From Candidatus Woesearchaeota archaeon (lineage in GTDB: Archaea; Nanobdellota; Nanobdellia; Woesearchaeales; GW2011-AR9), in the NCBI GenBank assembly GCA_018696595.1, contig JABHQW010000008.1, positions 268,522 through 332,521 on the forward strand: a DNA stretch of 64,000 bases, read 5' to 3'. Within the stretch, counting starts at the first letter, position 1. Every line of letters starts with the position of its first letter. Below, piece after piece: positions 55,035-64,000 of the stretch. Position numbers and translations under genes: made by a program. Below the pieces are notes generated by a model that was not told the origin of the DNA, did no database searches, and saw only the letters and a program-made list of their open reading frames with translations.

Positions 55035-56135
55035 ATGGCTAAGAAAAAACAAAAAAAGAGTAGGTGGAGTTTACAGCAGAAAGTTTTCCTAGTTCTAATT
55101 ATCATTGTTTTAACTTTAGGGAGTTTAAATGTTGCTAAAGCTAAAGGTTGGCTAATTCCTGAACAACCAGAAATCATAATTGTCGATAATACTATTTTAT
55201 TAGATTCATTAACTTTAGAACAAAAAATTGGTCAGATGGTTATTGTTCACGGAGGGTTATGGAATTTAAAACCATGGCAAGATATGCAACTTGGTGGCAT
55301 ACATCACTTCGCGATGCAAACTCCTGAATTATTTCAAGATATAACTGCAAAGTTTCAAGAAGATATGCAAATCCCATTCTTTGTTACTGCAGACTTAGAA
55401 GGTTGTTGGAGTCCTTTTTCTAATTTCAAACAGTTTGTTCCTGTTAATGAAATCAACACAACTGGTGAAGCTTTTGAGAAAGGTTCGATTGAAGGAAAAT
55501 ATTTGAAAGAACTTGGATTTAATTTTAATTTTGCTCCTGTTGTTGATTTAGATGACCAAATTTGGAACTGCCGTGCTTTCCTTGGCAATGAAACTCAAAT
55601 AACTCAATTAGCAGAAGCTTATGCTATTGGATTACAAAACGAAGGTATTATTGCTACTGCAAAACATTATCCTGGAAACACTTTAGTGGCGAATGATCCA
55701 CATAAAGGATTAGTTATAGCGGAGATTAGTTCAGAAGATCAATATCCTTACAATTACTTTTCGGAGAAAGGAAATATTCAAGCAGTTATGGTGACCCACA
55801 TAATCGCTTTTGGTGAAGTAGATTCTAAGGGGGTCCCTTCTGTGGTTTCTGAAGAAGCTGTTGGACAACTTAAGGATGAATATTCTGGGTTAATCGTTAC
55901 TGATGATACAATGATGTTGGGGTTAAGAAATTTTTTCCCTTCCACCGAGGATATGTATGTTGCTGTGTTTAAGGCTGGGAATGATTTAATTATTAACTTT
56001 GATGAAGATCCCAATGAAATTAAACACATGATTGAAGTTGTTCAGGGGGCGGTTCTTGCTGGAGAAATTCCTCAAGAACAAATTGATGATTCTGTAAAAA
56101 GAATTTTGGAAGCGAAAGGCTTTATTGTTGGGTAA
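55035..56135 (+). CDS. Glycoside hydrolase family 3 N-terminal domain protein (NagZ-like beta-hexosaminidase), membrane-anchored
   Basis: KHYPGNTL...DPHKG and GLIVTDDTMMLG match the GH3 catalytic blocks. N-terminal TM. Confidence 0.6.
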   Translation: MAKKKQKKSRWSLQQKVFLVLIIIVLTLGSLNVAKAKGWLIPEQPEIIIVDNTILLDSLTLEQKIGQMVIVHGGLWNLKPWQDMQLGGIHHFAMQTPELFQDITAKFQEDMQIPFFVTADLEGCWSPFSNFKQFVPVNEINTTGEAFEKGSIEGKYLKELGFNFNFAPVVDLDDQIWNCRAFLGNETQITQLAEAYAIGLQNEGIIATAKHYPGNTLVANDPHKGLVIAEISSEDQYPYNYFSEKGNIQAVMVTHIIAFGEVDSKGVPSVVSEEAVGQLKDEYSGLIVTDDTMMLGLRNFFPSTEDMYVAVFKAGNDLIINFDEDPNEIKHMIEVVQGAVLAGEIPQEQIDDSVKRILEAKGFIVG

Positions 56136-56190
56136 AAATAGATGGTGTTTTTATATTATTTAGATTTGGTCTCTTTGGGTACCCTCATAT

Positions 56191-56913
56191 TCATTTCTTA
56201 TTAGTTTTTAAGTGTAATGTTTTATTATCTATCTCTATTATTTCTTCTTGTTTTATTTTCTGCCATTCTATGTTTGGTAATTGCGGCAATTCTTCTGAAC
56301 TCACAATCAAAAAATCTTTTTTCTTTCCCATTTTCATTTGGTAATACTTTGGTTGGTTATTCTTTTTAATGAACACATAAGATTTATTTCTATTAGCTAG
56401 GATAAAATTTATTCCAGTGTAATTTTGATATTTGTTAAGATTATTTCTAATGGCTTCTATTATATTTTTTTCTTTTTTATTCTCTGTTAGAATCGAACCA
56501 AACAAATGTTCGGAATCTGTGTCTCCTTTAACCGTAAATTTAGAATCATAATAAATTTTATCTCTAACAGTGCCATTATGGCAGAAAATAAATTCATTAA
56601 GTTGGAATGGGTGTGTATTTTCCATCGAAATTTTCCCAATTGTCACTTTTCTAGCATGTAATATCACTAAATTTGTTTTTACGTTTCTGAATTTATTAAC
56701 TTTGGGATCTTTGAAAATAGGTTTTGTTGATTTTTCTACTATCCACCTATTATTCTCTAAATAAGCAATCCCCCAACCTCCGTCATGTTTCCAGTTGCCA
56801 TTCTTGTTTTGATTTCTTTCGTGTTTTTCATTTTCGTCATTGGCCATAGTGACCAAACCATCTAGAAGTAGATTAACATTTACATTTCCAACCGCAATTA
56901 ACATCCGACACAT
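56191..56913 (-). CDS. Class II (Ntn) glutamine amidotransferase-like protein (YafJ/EgtC-type)
   Basis: N-terminal MCRMLIAVG (Cys2 nucleophile). LHARKVTIGKISMENTHPF. FCHNGTV. Confidence 0.7.
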   Translation of the reverse strand: MCRMLIAVGNVNVNLLLDGLVTMANDENEKHERNQNKNGNWKHDGGWGIAYLENNRWIVEKSTKPIFKDPKVNKFRNVKTNLVILHARKVTIGKISMENTHPFQLNEFIFCHNGTVRDKIYYDSKFTVKGDTDSEHLFGSILTENKKEKNIIEAIRNNLNKYQNYTGINFILANRNKSYVFIKKNNQPKYYQMKMGKKKDFLIVSSEELPQLPNIEWQKIKQEEIIEIDNKTLHLKTNKK

Positions 56914-58124
56914 TGTTCAAGGTAACTTTGTTGTTTGTGGGGTTGGTAATCTAAACTTTTTAAATATTCCTGTCTCATAAACAATTGGCCCTGGGCTGCG
57001 GCTTTCTCTGGGTTGGGGTACGGTCCTTTTTCTTTTAAATGTTCCATGATTTTATTTGATGGGTTCATTCTTGTTTGGATCATACCAAAAATTGGTGTTA
57101 AGTACGGAAGATCTTCTTCTGGCAAACCTTCGGATGAGAATTTTAATGTGTCTGATAAATATTGAGCAACATTATTTGACATTAACCCATATTTGATAGC
57201 TTCTGTTTCAAGGGCTTTAAGCGTTGTATAATTTGGTAACACTACTTCTTTATTATCAAATGAATAAACCCCATCTGTTCCTGATATTCTAACTGGGATG
57301 TCTTCTTTTGTTATTCTGTCATTACATCCTTTATACAATGCAATCATGCCTAAAGAGATATCCAAAGGGGTTGTATCAAAACTTCTAATTTCCCACGTGC
57401 CGGTTTCTCCAATTGAATCTCTTTTTCTAATTGGGTGATATCCTGTGCTTTCTGGTTTGAAAAGTTCTTTGAATGCCTCCCTGTCTGTACCTGGTGCGTT
57501 CAACCATTGGTTGAATCTAATGTTATCTCTTATATTAATTTCTTCAATTGATTGAACATAAGGCTGAAGTTGAGCATGTAATGGATAATCCATAAACATT
57601 TGATTTCGTGTCGCATTGATCCTGTGGCAATTAACTCCTTCATTAATTCCATTTAACATTGGTGAGGTTGATGTAGTAGCATAAGATAATGGGTCTAATG
57701 CTGTGAATAACCACATTTGTTCTAAAAGATGATTTGGTGATTGTGAGAAATGGCCATGTATTCCTGATATTCTTCTTTTTAAATCGTTGGCTTCCTGGCC
57801 AATTATTGGGATATAAAGACTCCACTTTTCTTTGTCGTGTCTTTGTTGACTTTCCCCTCCTCCTAATTCACTAACTGTACTAACAGAAATATCATGTTTA
57901 TCACAAATCTCTTCTAATAAATTGAGTTTTGGAAGAATTCCCCTATGTAATTCTTTAACTGTGTTTGCTGGATCTGAGTTCACTTCTACTCTGGCATGGT
58001 TGGATTCATCTACAATTGATCCATCATTTAAAGGATCTTCAATTATTTCTTTTGCCCTATTGGCTAAATAACCTTGCTCATCAATTAAAGCAAATTCATA
58101 TTCTATCCCTGTTGTTGAACTCAT
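56898..58124 (-). CDS. Carboxylate-amine ligase, GCS2 (glutamate-cysteine ligase family 2, YbdK-like)
   Basis: N-terminal TTGIEYEFALID is the GCS2 hallmark. About 400 aa. Overlaps the downstream amidotransferase gene by 16 nt. Confidence 0.6.
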   Translation of the reverse strand: MSSTTGIEYEFALIDEQGYLANRAKEIIEDPLNDGSIVDESNHARVEVNSDPANTVKELHRGILPKLNLLEEICDKHDISVSTVSELGGGESQQRHDKEKWSLYIPIIGQEANDLKRRISGIHGHFSQSPNHLLEQMWLFTALDPLSYATTSTSPMLNGINEGVNCHRINATRNQMFMDYPLHAQLQPYVQSIEEINIRDNIRFNQWLNAPGTDREAFKELFKPESTGYHPIRKRDSIGETGTWEIRSFDTTPLDISLGMIALYKGCNDRITKEDIPVRISGTDGVYSFDNKEVVLPNYTTLKALETEAIKYGLMSNNVAQYLSDTLKFSSEGLPEEDLPYLTPIFGMIQTRMNPSNKIMEHLKEKGPYPNPEKAAAQGQLFMRQEYLKSLDYQPHKQQSYLEQCVGC

Positions 58125-58346
58125 CTTATCATAATTTTTTTATTTTATACTTTTGATTTTTCTTATCTTTTAGTATAGGTAATAGTACACTAATATATAA
58201 ATATTTCTGCAATGGAGTGCTTAAATGGTCTCTTAATCTATTTATTGGTTAATAAAATGGCCAATCCTTAATTCTAAAGAATAATTATTATATGGATTGG
58301 ATTTAAAAGCTAAAAATTGCCTTTATTTGTATTTTGGCAGTCATAA

Positions 58347-58946
58347 TTAAGAGAATTCAATCATTCGGTGATCACGAAATTTTTTTGTTTCCAAAGTATA
58401 AAACGCTTCTTCCATCAATTTTTCGGGTACAGATATACCACCTAAAGCAGGGTCAAAAATATGATAATAATGATTGGAATGTCCAAAAACAACAATAAAA
58501 TTGGAGGTATTTCTTTTTTCATTTCTAATTGGTTTAGTATTTACTCTAAGAAGAAGAATCTTATTTTGATTTAATTTACTTTTAATGTTTACAAGATTGA
58601 TGGTTTTCTCCTCGATTTTAACACCTTGTCTTTCTGCTTCTTTAAGGTGTTGTTTGGAAGAAAACTTTGCTTCTTCAATCTCTTCTTTTTTATATCTATA
58701 AAAACGATAATCTGGGAAGTTATACTCTTTTTTTTCTACAATTACTTTTAGGTTTAATCCTTGTTCTTTTGCATAAGTGGCTAAAGCAAAAATAGAAGAA
58801 CCTCTTGTGGGTAAATTAACTGTTTTTCTCCAAATCTCAAACTCTTTTTCTTTAGTTGCTTTTATTCTTGAATCTAAAGTGGCAAGGATAGTAAGTAATG
58901 AAGAAGCTGCTGTTGTGAAGGGTGTTGTTTGATTGTGGGTTTGCAT
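58347..58946 (-). CDS. Peptidase C39-like/papain-fold domain protein with the catalytic Cys replaced (Q...TTAASS), His/Asp retained
   Basis: QTTPFTTAASSLLTILATL aligns to the C39 Q...CGxAAL block. VVFGHSNHYYHIFDPA aligns to the His/Asp block. Confidence 0.35.
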   Translation of the reverse strand: MQTHNQTTPFTTAASSLLTILATLDSRIKATKEKEFEIWRKTVNLPTRGSSIFALATYAKEQGLNLKVIVEKKEYNFPDYRFYRYKKEEIEEAKFSSKQHLKEAERQGVKIEEKTINLVNIKSKLNQNKILLLRVNTKPIRNEKRNTSNFIVVFGHSNHYYHIFDPALGGISVPEKLMEEAFYTLETKKFRDHRMIEFS

Positions 58947-59047
58947 TTAATATGAGAAAACATTACTATTATAAGAATTTTTGTGAAAACCTTTTTAAAT
59001 AACTGCAATAATAGATATAAAAATAGGGTATCTAAGGAGATTTAAAC

Positions 59048-59785
59048 ATGGCACAGAAAAGTAAAAAGAAAGTAAGTAAAATCAAAGTTAAAAAGAAAGT
59101 ATGGTACAAAGTTATTGCTCCTAAAATATTTGGAAACAAAGAAATCGGAGAATCTTATTTACAAGCTCCTGAGAATTCTATTGGTAGAAAGTTAACAGCT
59201 AACCTAAAAGATTTGACTGGAAATGTTAAAGATCAAAACGTTCATATTGGATTACAAATCAACAAAGTTGATGGAAGCACTCTAAGGACTTCAATTGTTA
59301 GTTACAAATTATCTTCTCAATATGTTAAAAGATGTGTGAGAAAGAACTGTAACAAATTAGATCATTATTTTACTTCAAAAACTAAAGGCGGTAAGAATGT
59401 GATTGTTAAATGTTTAATGGTTACTGTGGGTAAAACTCAAAGTTCTACAAGAACTTCTTTAAGACATGAATTACAGAAGAACTTAGAAGAAAGTATTACT
59501 AAATCTGACTTCGCAACATTTATTTCTGGACTAGTTAGTAGAAGAACTCAAATGGACTTGAAAAAGAAACTGAAAAAGATTTATCCAGTAAAAGAAGTTT
59601 CTGTAAGGATGCTTAAACTTAACGAGAAAGGAATTGCGACTGAAGAAACAACAGTGGAAGATAAAACTAAAAAACCTGAAGTTAAAGAAGCTCCAAAGGA
59701 AGTTCCAAAAGAAGTTACAAAAGAAGCTAAAGAAGAAGCTAAAGAGACTCTAAAGGAAACTCCTAAAGAAACAAAAGAAGAATAA
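59048..59785 (+). CDS. rps3ae: Ribosomal protein eS1 (S3Ae) with a K/E-rich tail
   Basis: KKKVWYKVIAPKIFGNKEIGESYLQAPENSIGRKL is S3Ae-like. Confidence 0.85.
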   Translation: MAQKSKKKVSKIKVKKKVWYKVIAPKIFGNKEIGESYLQAPENSIGRKLTANLKDLTGNVKDQNVHIGLQINKVDGSTLRTSIVSYKLSSQYVKRCVRKNCNKLDHYFTSKTKGGKNVIVKCLMVTVGKTQSSTRTSLRHELQKNLEESITKSDFATFISGLVSRRTQMDLKKKLKKIYPVKEVSVRMLKLNEKGIATEETTVEDKTKKPEVKEAPKEVPKEVTKEAKEEAKETLKETPKETKEE

Positions 59786-59817
59786 ACTCTTCTTTCTTTT
59801 TTTAATCTATACTAAAA

Positions 59818-60414
59818 ATGAAATTTTTAACATTCGTAGATTTACATGAAGATAAAAAATATCTGAAAGAACTAATTAAACGAGCTTCGCAAGATGATAT
59901 AGACTTTGTCGTTTGTGCTGGTGATATAACTCTATTTGGTAGGGGCTTACGTTATATTCTCAAACAATTAAATAATCTTAATAAGAAAATATATATTATT
60001 CCCGGAAATCATGAAAGTGATCGAATGTTTAAAGAAGTAATTTCTGATTATCCAAATTGTATCAACTTTAATCGTAAAGTCATTAAGAAAGATGGCTATG
60101 TTTTCTTAGGTTACGGGGGTGGCGGATTTTCTGCTCAAGACCCAGAATTCAGAAAAATATCTCGTGATTGGTACAGCAAGTATCAAGATGATAAAGTTGT
60201 TTTGGTAACTCACGGTCCGCCAGCAAACACAACACTAGATCTCTTAGAAAAAAGGCATGTTGGCAATATGGACTATCGTAAATTTGTGGAGAGAATGAAA
60301 CCTAAATTAATGATTTGTGGTCATTTACATGAGAATGTTGGTATGCAAGACAAGATTGGTAAAACCATTGTTATTCACCCTGGTTGGGAAGGAATGGTAA
60401 TAGAATTAAGTTAA
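59818..60414 (+). CDS. Calcineurin-like metallophosphoesterase
   Basis: DLHED, GDITLFG, GNHES, VTHGPP and GHLHEN metal-binding blocks. Confidence 0.8.
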   Translation: MKFLTFVDLHEDKKYLKELIKRASQDDIDFVVCAGDITLFGRGLRYILKQLNNLNKKIYIIPGNHESDRMFKEVISDYPNCINFNRKVIKKDGYVFLGYGGGGFSAQDPEFRKISRDWYSKYQDDKVVLVTHGPPANTTLDLLEKRHVGNMDYRKFVERMKPKLMICGHLHENVGMQDKIGKTIVIHPGWEGMVIELS

Positions 60415-62138
60415 GCTGCTTTTTGATAAGCAGTAGTTTTCATTGCTTCTTTATATGCTGCTCCCGCTTGGGCATTAGCTTTTTGTAACTGTTCTCCAAA
60501 CTTACTTGCTTCGCCCATATATTTTTTATCCATGCCTAACTTCTTGTGCATCATTGTTCCCATAGAATCGGCTAGATGTTTTGATTGTAATTTATGTAAT
60601 GTTTCGTTTTCATCAATCTTATCTTCTTCTTTTTCAATTAATTCATTCAGTCTTTTAAATGTAAACATTGTTTCTTGTTCAGTTCTTTGGTTTAATGCTG
60701 CAAGATATTTATCCATTCTTTTTTCATCTTCCAATACTCCAGAACTTGCTTGTATTGCTTCTGCTTGGTCTTTCAAAGTTCCTGCAACATCTTGAGTGTA
60801 CATTATAGCAACTAATTTCAGAACAGCAGCAACACCTGCATTTAATGCTTCTTCAGACTGATCTAATGCAGGTAATAACTTAACAAAAGCTTCCATTTTT
60901 CTTTGAGTCATTAAGTTTTGTTCAAGAATTTCTTTTAATTTTTCTTCAAAAGCAAGATCTCCTTTCAATGCTTTAATGTAGTAAGTAAAATATTCATTGA
61001 TACTAGAAGAAGCAGATAAAACCATTCCATGCAATTTTTCACTTCCAGAATTGTCTTCAATACTTTTTTCTAAGGCTCTCTGTTTTTTCTCAACTTTATC
61101 TAATCTATTACTTAATATTTTTTCTCTACTTTTTAATCCTTTACCATATTTACGCTGACTTTTTCCAATCTTAATTACATTTTGTAAGATAGCTCTTAAT
61201 TGTTTAATCTCTAATTCAATGATTTCATTTGCTTTAACAACCTGTTTATGAATTACTTCTAATTCTGCAGAATTTCTTTTTAACATAGAAATTTCCTTCT
61301 TTAATTGAGCAATTAATGCAGGGTCAGCATTATCTCCTTTAGCTTCTTCAGCAATTAACTTATTTCTTTTTTTCCTGATTGCTTTTTTTAATTTTGAAAA
61401 TTCTTTCTTAAAATCTTTTCTTTCTTTCCTTTCTTTTTTCTTAATTCCTTTTAATTCTTTTTTAGCGCGTCTAGCAATTGGAATAAAATCAGCAATTGCT
61501 TTCCTCAACTTTTTAACAAGTTCTTTTTGATGTTCAGAATTTTGTTCTTCATAACTTACTTGATCTTTTAAGTTCTTAGCCAACGCTTCTAATGATTCTT
61601 TAACAAATTCAGCAGTTTTACTATCAATTTGATCAAAATTTCTTAATCCGCGAATCTTATTTTCCAATACTTCTAACTTAGCAACTTCTATTTCTTGTAT
61701 TTTTTCCATCTTAGATTTTTGTTCAACTTCATCTAAGATTGCTCTTGTAGAGTTTTCTAAGTCTGCGGCCATTGCAGCAGTGGTTTGTTCTAACTCTGTG
61801 GTCTTTTCTTCTAACGCTTCAGTATCTCCAGCAACTTTAGCTGCACCTTTGCCTGCTTTCTCTGTTGCACTAGAAACATCATCACCTTTTGGTTTTTTTG
61901 TTACTAACTTTTGGTAAGCTTTTTGTTTTTTCTTATATCCAGCAAAACGCTTATACACTCTCCAAAATGTCGAACCTGCGGATTTTGCTTCTCTTCTTTC
62001 TTTACCGCCTTCTGTTTTACTACGAACAAAAAAAATTAAAATGATCATAACAATAATTACTCCACCTATGGGTAAAGCTTTTGTTCCAAGGTTTGAGAAT
62101 ATATCTCCCAAGTTTGAAAAAACATCTAATATTGCCAT
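60411..62138 (-). CDS. Membrane-anchored coiled-coil protein, 575 aa, hypothetical
   Basis: N-terminal TM GGVIIVMIILIFFV, then a long K/E-rich coiled coil. Confidence 0.5.
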   Translation of the reverse strand: MAILDVFSNLGDIFSNLGTKALPIGGVIIVMIILIFFVRSKTEGGKERREAKSAGSTFWRVYKRFAGYKKKQKAYQKLVTKKPKGDDVSSATEKAGKGAAKVAGDTEALEEKTTELEQTTAAMAADLENSTRAILDEVEQKSKMEKIQEIEVAKLEVLENKIRGLRNFDQIDSKTAEFVKESLEALAKNLKDQVSYEEQNSEHQKELVKKLRKAIADFIPIARRAKKELKGIKKKERKERKDFKKEFSKLKKAIRKKRNKLIAEEAKGDNADPALIAQLKKEISMLKRNSAELEVIHKQVVKANEIIELEIKQLRAILQNVIKIGKSQRKYGKGLKSREKILSNRLDKVEKKQRALEKSIEDNSGSEKLHGMVLSASSSINEYFTYYIKALKGDLAFEEKLKEILEQNLMTQRKMEAFVKLLPALDQSEEALNAGVAAVLKLVAIMYTQDVAGTLKDQAEAIQASSGVLEDEKRMDKYLAALNQRTEQETMFTFKRLNELIEKEEDKIDENETLHKLQSKHLADSMGTMMHKKLGMDKKYMGEASKFGEQLQKANAQAGAAYKEAMKTTAYQKAA

Positions 62139-62172
62139 ATCTCAATTAGAATTATTTGTGCTTATATAAAGT

Positions 62173-63111
62173 TTATTCAAAAGCTTCCATAAACACTTTC
62201 TTAACATCAACAGCTAAACCTTTATCTTTCATGTTTACTTCTACTGCTGACATTAAAGCTTCACCAATCGCAACAAGCTCACCTTTCAAAGTTACAATGG
62301 CAACAAATTCACCTTTCTTAAAATTTTCTAACTTACTAATCCCTGGAATCCCTAAATCTCTACCATGGGTTAAACTTTTAATTGTGGTGTCAAAGATCCA
62401 ACATTTAGCTAAATGCCTTAACGCATTCTCAATCGGTTGAATACAATGGCGTAAGAATTTGTCATTCTTTTCTTCTTTATAATAATGAATTGCGTCATTT
62501 AAATCGTTTAATGTTACTAAGTTATCTTCTTCTCCAAATGGTCCTGCTTGGGTTCTTCTTAGTTCAACCATATGTGCTCCAGTGTTTAATTCTTGTCCAA
62601 TATCGTGGCAAAGTTTTCTAATATAAGTTCCTGCTTGACATTTAACTCTGAAAAGAACATCCCTATCTTTAATTTCTAGAATTTCAAAATCATAAATTTC
62701 TCTGGTACGAACTTGCCTTTTTACTGCTGACTTAATTGGAGGGAGTTGTTGAATCTTCCCCACAAATTTTGTAATAGTTTCCCGAAATACTTTTTCTTCC
62801 ACATTCTTATGTAAATACATCAAACAAATGTACTCTTTTGGTGCTGTAAGAAAGAAATGCGTGATTCTTGTGGCTCTACCTATAGCAATCGGTTGTACTC
62901 CTGTAACGGCCGGATCAAGGGTTCCTGAATGACCTGCTTTCTTAACAGGAATAATTTTTTTCACATAATCTGCTGTTTGGTGTGAAGTTGGACCTTTTAG
63001 TTTATCAATATTAATAATTCCGTACTTCAGCAAAGTTTCTGTTGTTTTCTCTTCTGGACTGATTCCAAATTCTCCTTCTACTTTTTTCTTCACAAAGATC
63101 TGTTTTGTCAT
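62173..63111 (-). CDS. cbf5: tRNA/rRNA pseudouridine synthase Cbf5 (TruB family, H/ACA RNP) with PUA domain
   Basis: KGPTSHQTADYVKKI...GHSGTLDPAVTGV catalytic Asp block. C-terminal PUA. Confidence 0.9.
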   Translation of the reverse strand: MTKQIFVKKKVEGEFGISPEEKTTETLLKYGIINIDKLKGPTSHQTADYVKKIIPVKKAGHSGTLDPAVTGVQPIAIGRATRITHFFLTAPKEYICLMYLHKNVEEKVFRETITKFVGKIQQLPPIKSAVKRQVRTREIYDFEILEIKDRDVLFRVKCQAGTYIRKLCHDIGQELNTGAHMVELRRTQAGPFGEEDNLVTLNDLNDAIHYYKEEKNDKFLRHCIQPIENALRHLAKCWIFDTTIKSLTHGRDLGIPGISKLENFKKGEFVAIVTLKGELVAIGEALMSAVEVNMKDKGLAVDVKKVFMEAFE

Positions 63112-63231
63112 TATTATTGTTTTTCAACTTTGTTGAAATGCTTAAAAACTATTGTTTTTATTGTTTTTACTTGCTGTTTTTAAATAGTTTACTACAAAAC
63201 TTTATAAATGACTCCACGAATTAACATTTAA

Positions 63232-63549
63232 ATGGCATATACCCCACCCGAACAACCAATGATTAGAGTGCGTTTACCGCAAGGCAAAGAAGTTCTAGGA
63301 ATTGTTCAACAAAGAGTGGGTGGTAGCAGAATGAAAGTTCTTTGTTTAGATGGGAAAGAAAGAATGTGCAGAATCCCAGGAAGATTAAGAAGAGGGTTAT
63401 GGGTAAGAGAAAATGATGTTATTATTGTTGAACCTTGGGAACTTGGTGGAGACACTAAGGGTGATGTGATTTATAAATATCGAAGTAAAGCAGAAGTATC
63501 ATTCTTAAAGAAGAAAGGTTTATTGAAAAGTATTGAAGAAGAATTTTAA
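63232..63549 (+). CDS. eif1a: Translation initiation factor 1A (aIF1A/eIF1A)
   Basis: OB-fold IRVRLPQGKEVLGIVQQRVGGSRMKVLCLDGKERMCRIPGRLRR. Confidence 0.9.
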   Translation: MAYTPPEQPMIRVRLPQGKEVLGIVQQRVGGSRMKVLCLDGKERMCRIPGRLRRGLWVRENDVIIVEPWELGGDTKGDVIYKYRSKAEVSFLKKKGLLKSIEEEF

Positions 63550-63726
63550 ACATTATTTCTAATCATATTCAATCCACTATAGAAATACTTATAACTATTT
63601 TTACTCTAAATTAATGGATGGTAGAAGAAAAAAGTAAAGGAAAACTATTTATTTACGCAATCATCACTGTTTTATTGTTTTTTGGTTTGATAAGATTGTT
63701 TATTAATTCTAATGGGAATTTTTTCA

Positions 63727-64000
63727 TGTTAGAGTTAGTTGGGACATTATTTTTGTTGTTGTTAACACTTATTGGTTTTATTGGTTACAACAAATGTTGG
63801 GGAGAGAGGGTATTATTTTTTGTTTACTTGACGTATTTAGTAAACTTAGTTATGATTTGGTTTTACGATGGAAGATTGTCATTGATTTTGTTGTTCCTAA
63901 CTTTGTTAGCGTTCTTAATGGCAGTACCTAAGCGAGCATGTTGCGGTTCTAGTTGTCAAGCTACAGAAAAACCTTCTGAGGAACCACATAGTGAAGTGTT
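63727..64000 (+). CDS. Membrane protein, N-terminal fragment that runs off the window end
   Basis: Hydrophobic ORF MLELVGTLFLLLLTLIGF..., open to the end of the window. Confidence 0.3.

Noticed and set aside
63614-63637. Tiny ORF MDGRRKK
   Set aside because: 7 codons, too short to call. The downstream membrane ORF starting at 63727 is the more plausible gene.

Overview
AT-rich (about 30% GC) archaeal chromosomal segment that uses the standard code (TGA is a stop). Gene content suggests a reduced-genome archaeon of the DPANN type; this lineage call is inference only. Evidence for it: the canonical archaeal ribosomal-protein gene order, short forms of Nop5 and aRF1, and lysine/glutamate-rich low-complexity tails on many ribosomal proteins. 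The core of the window (24.7-42.1 kb, + strand) is the large ribosomal-protein cluster, running uL3-uL4-uL23-uL2-uS19-uL22-uS3-uL29, then SUI1-Rpp29-uS17-uL14-uL24-eS4-uL5-uS14-uS8-uL6-eL32-eL19-uL18-uS5-uL30-uL15-SecY. After SecY come an Oxa1/DUF106-like insertase, a DsbA-like protein, eL34 and eL14e. Elsewhere the window encodes TrpRS, PheS/PheT, aRF1 (interrupted by a 506-aa LAGLIDADG+HTH intein exactly at GGQ|S), Pelota, aIF1A, a circularly permuted GTPase, Nop5-CYTH-fibrillarin, Cbf5, eS1 and a bacterial-type GpsA. The accessory, more unusual parts are as follows. (i) 5.4-12.4 kb: a signalling island made of a 5'-truncated PAS histidine kinase, a CheY-like receiver, a P-loop-less KaiC/RecA-fold protein, a RelE/ParE toxin-antitoxin pair, and a KaiC-like ATPase with a 630-aa coiled-coil partner plus a TrkA-N protein. 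(ii) Two copies of a conserved GC-rich hairpin element (15561-15688 and 24125-24208) whose outer stems covary; one copy carries an ACA box at H/ACA-like spacing. (iii) A tandem duplicated 65-nt GC-rich element at 13.3-13.5 kb. (iv) A four-gene secreted/membrane cluster (48.7-53.3 kb) that starts with a protein bearing an archaeal class III (prepilin-like) signal. (v) A GATase-II + GCS2 ligase + Cys-less C39-like module (56.2-58.9 kb). No rRNA, convincing tRNA or CRISPR array was seen.
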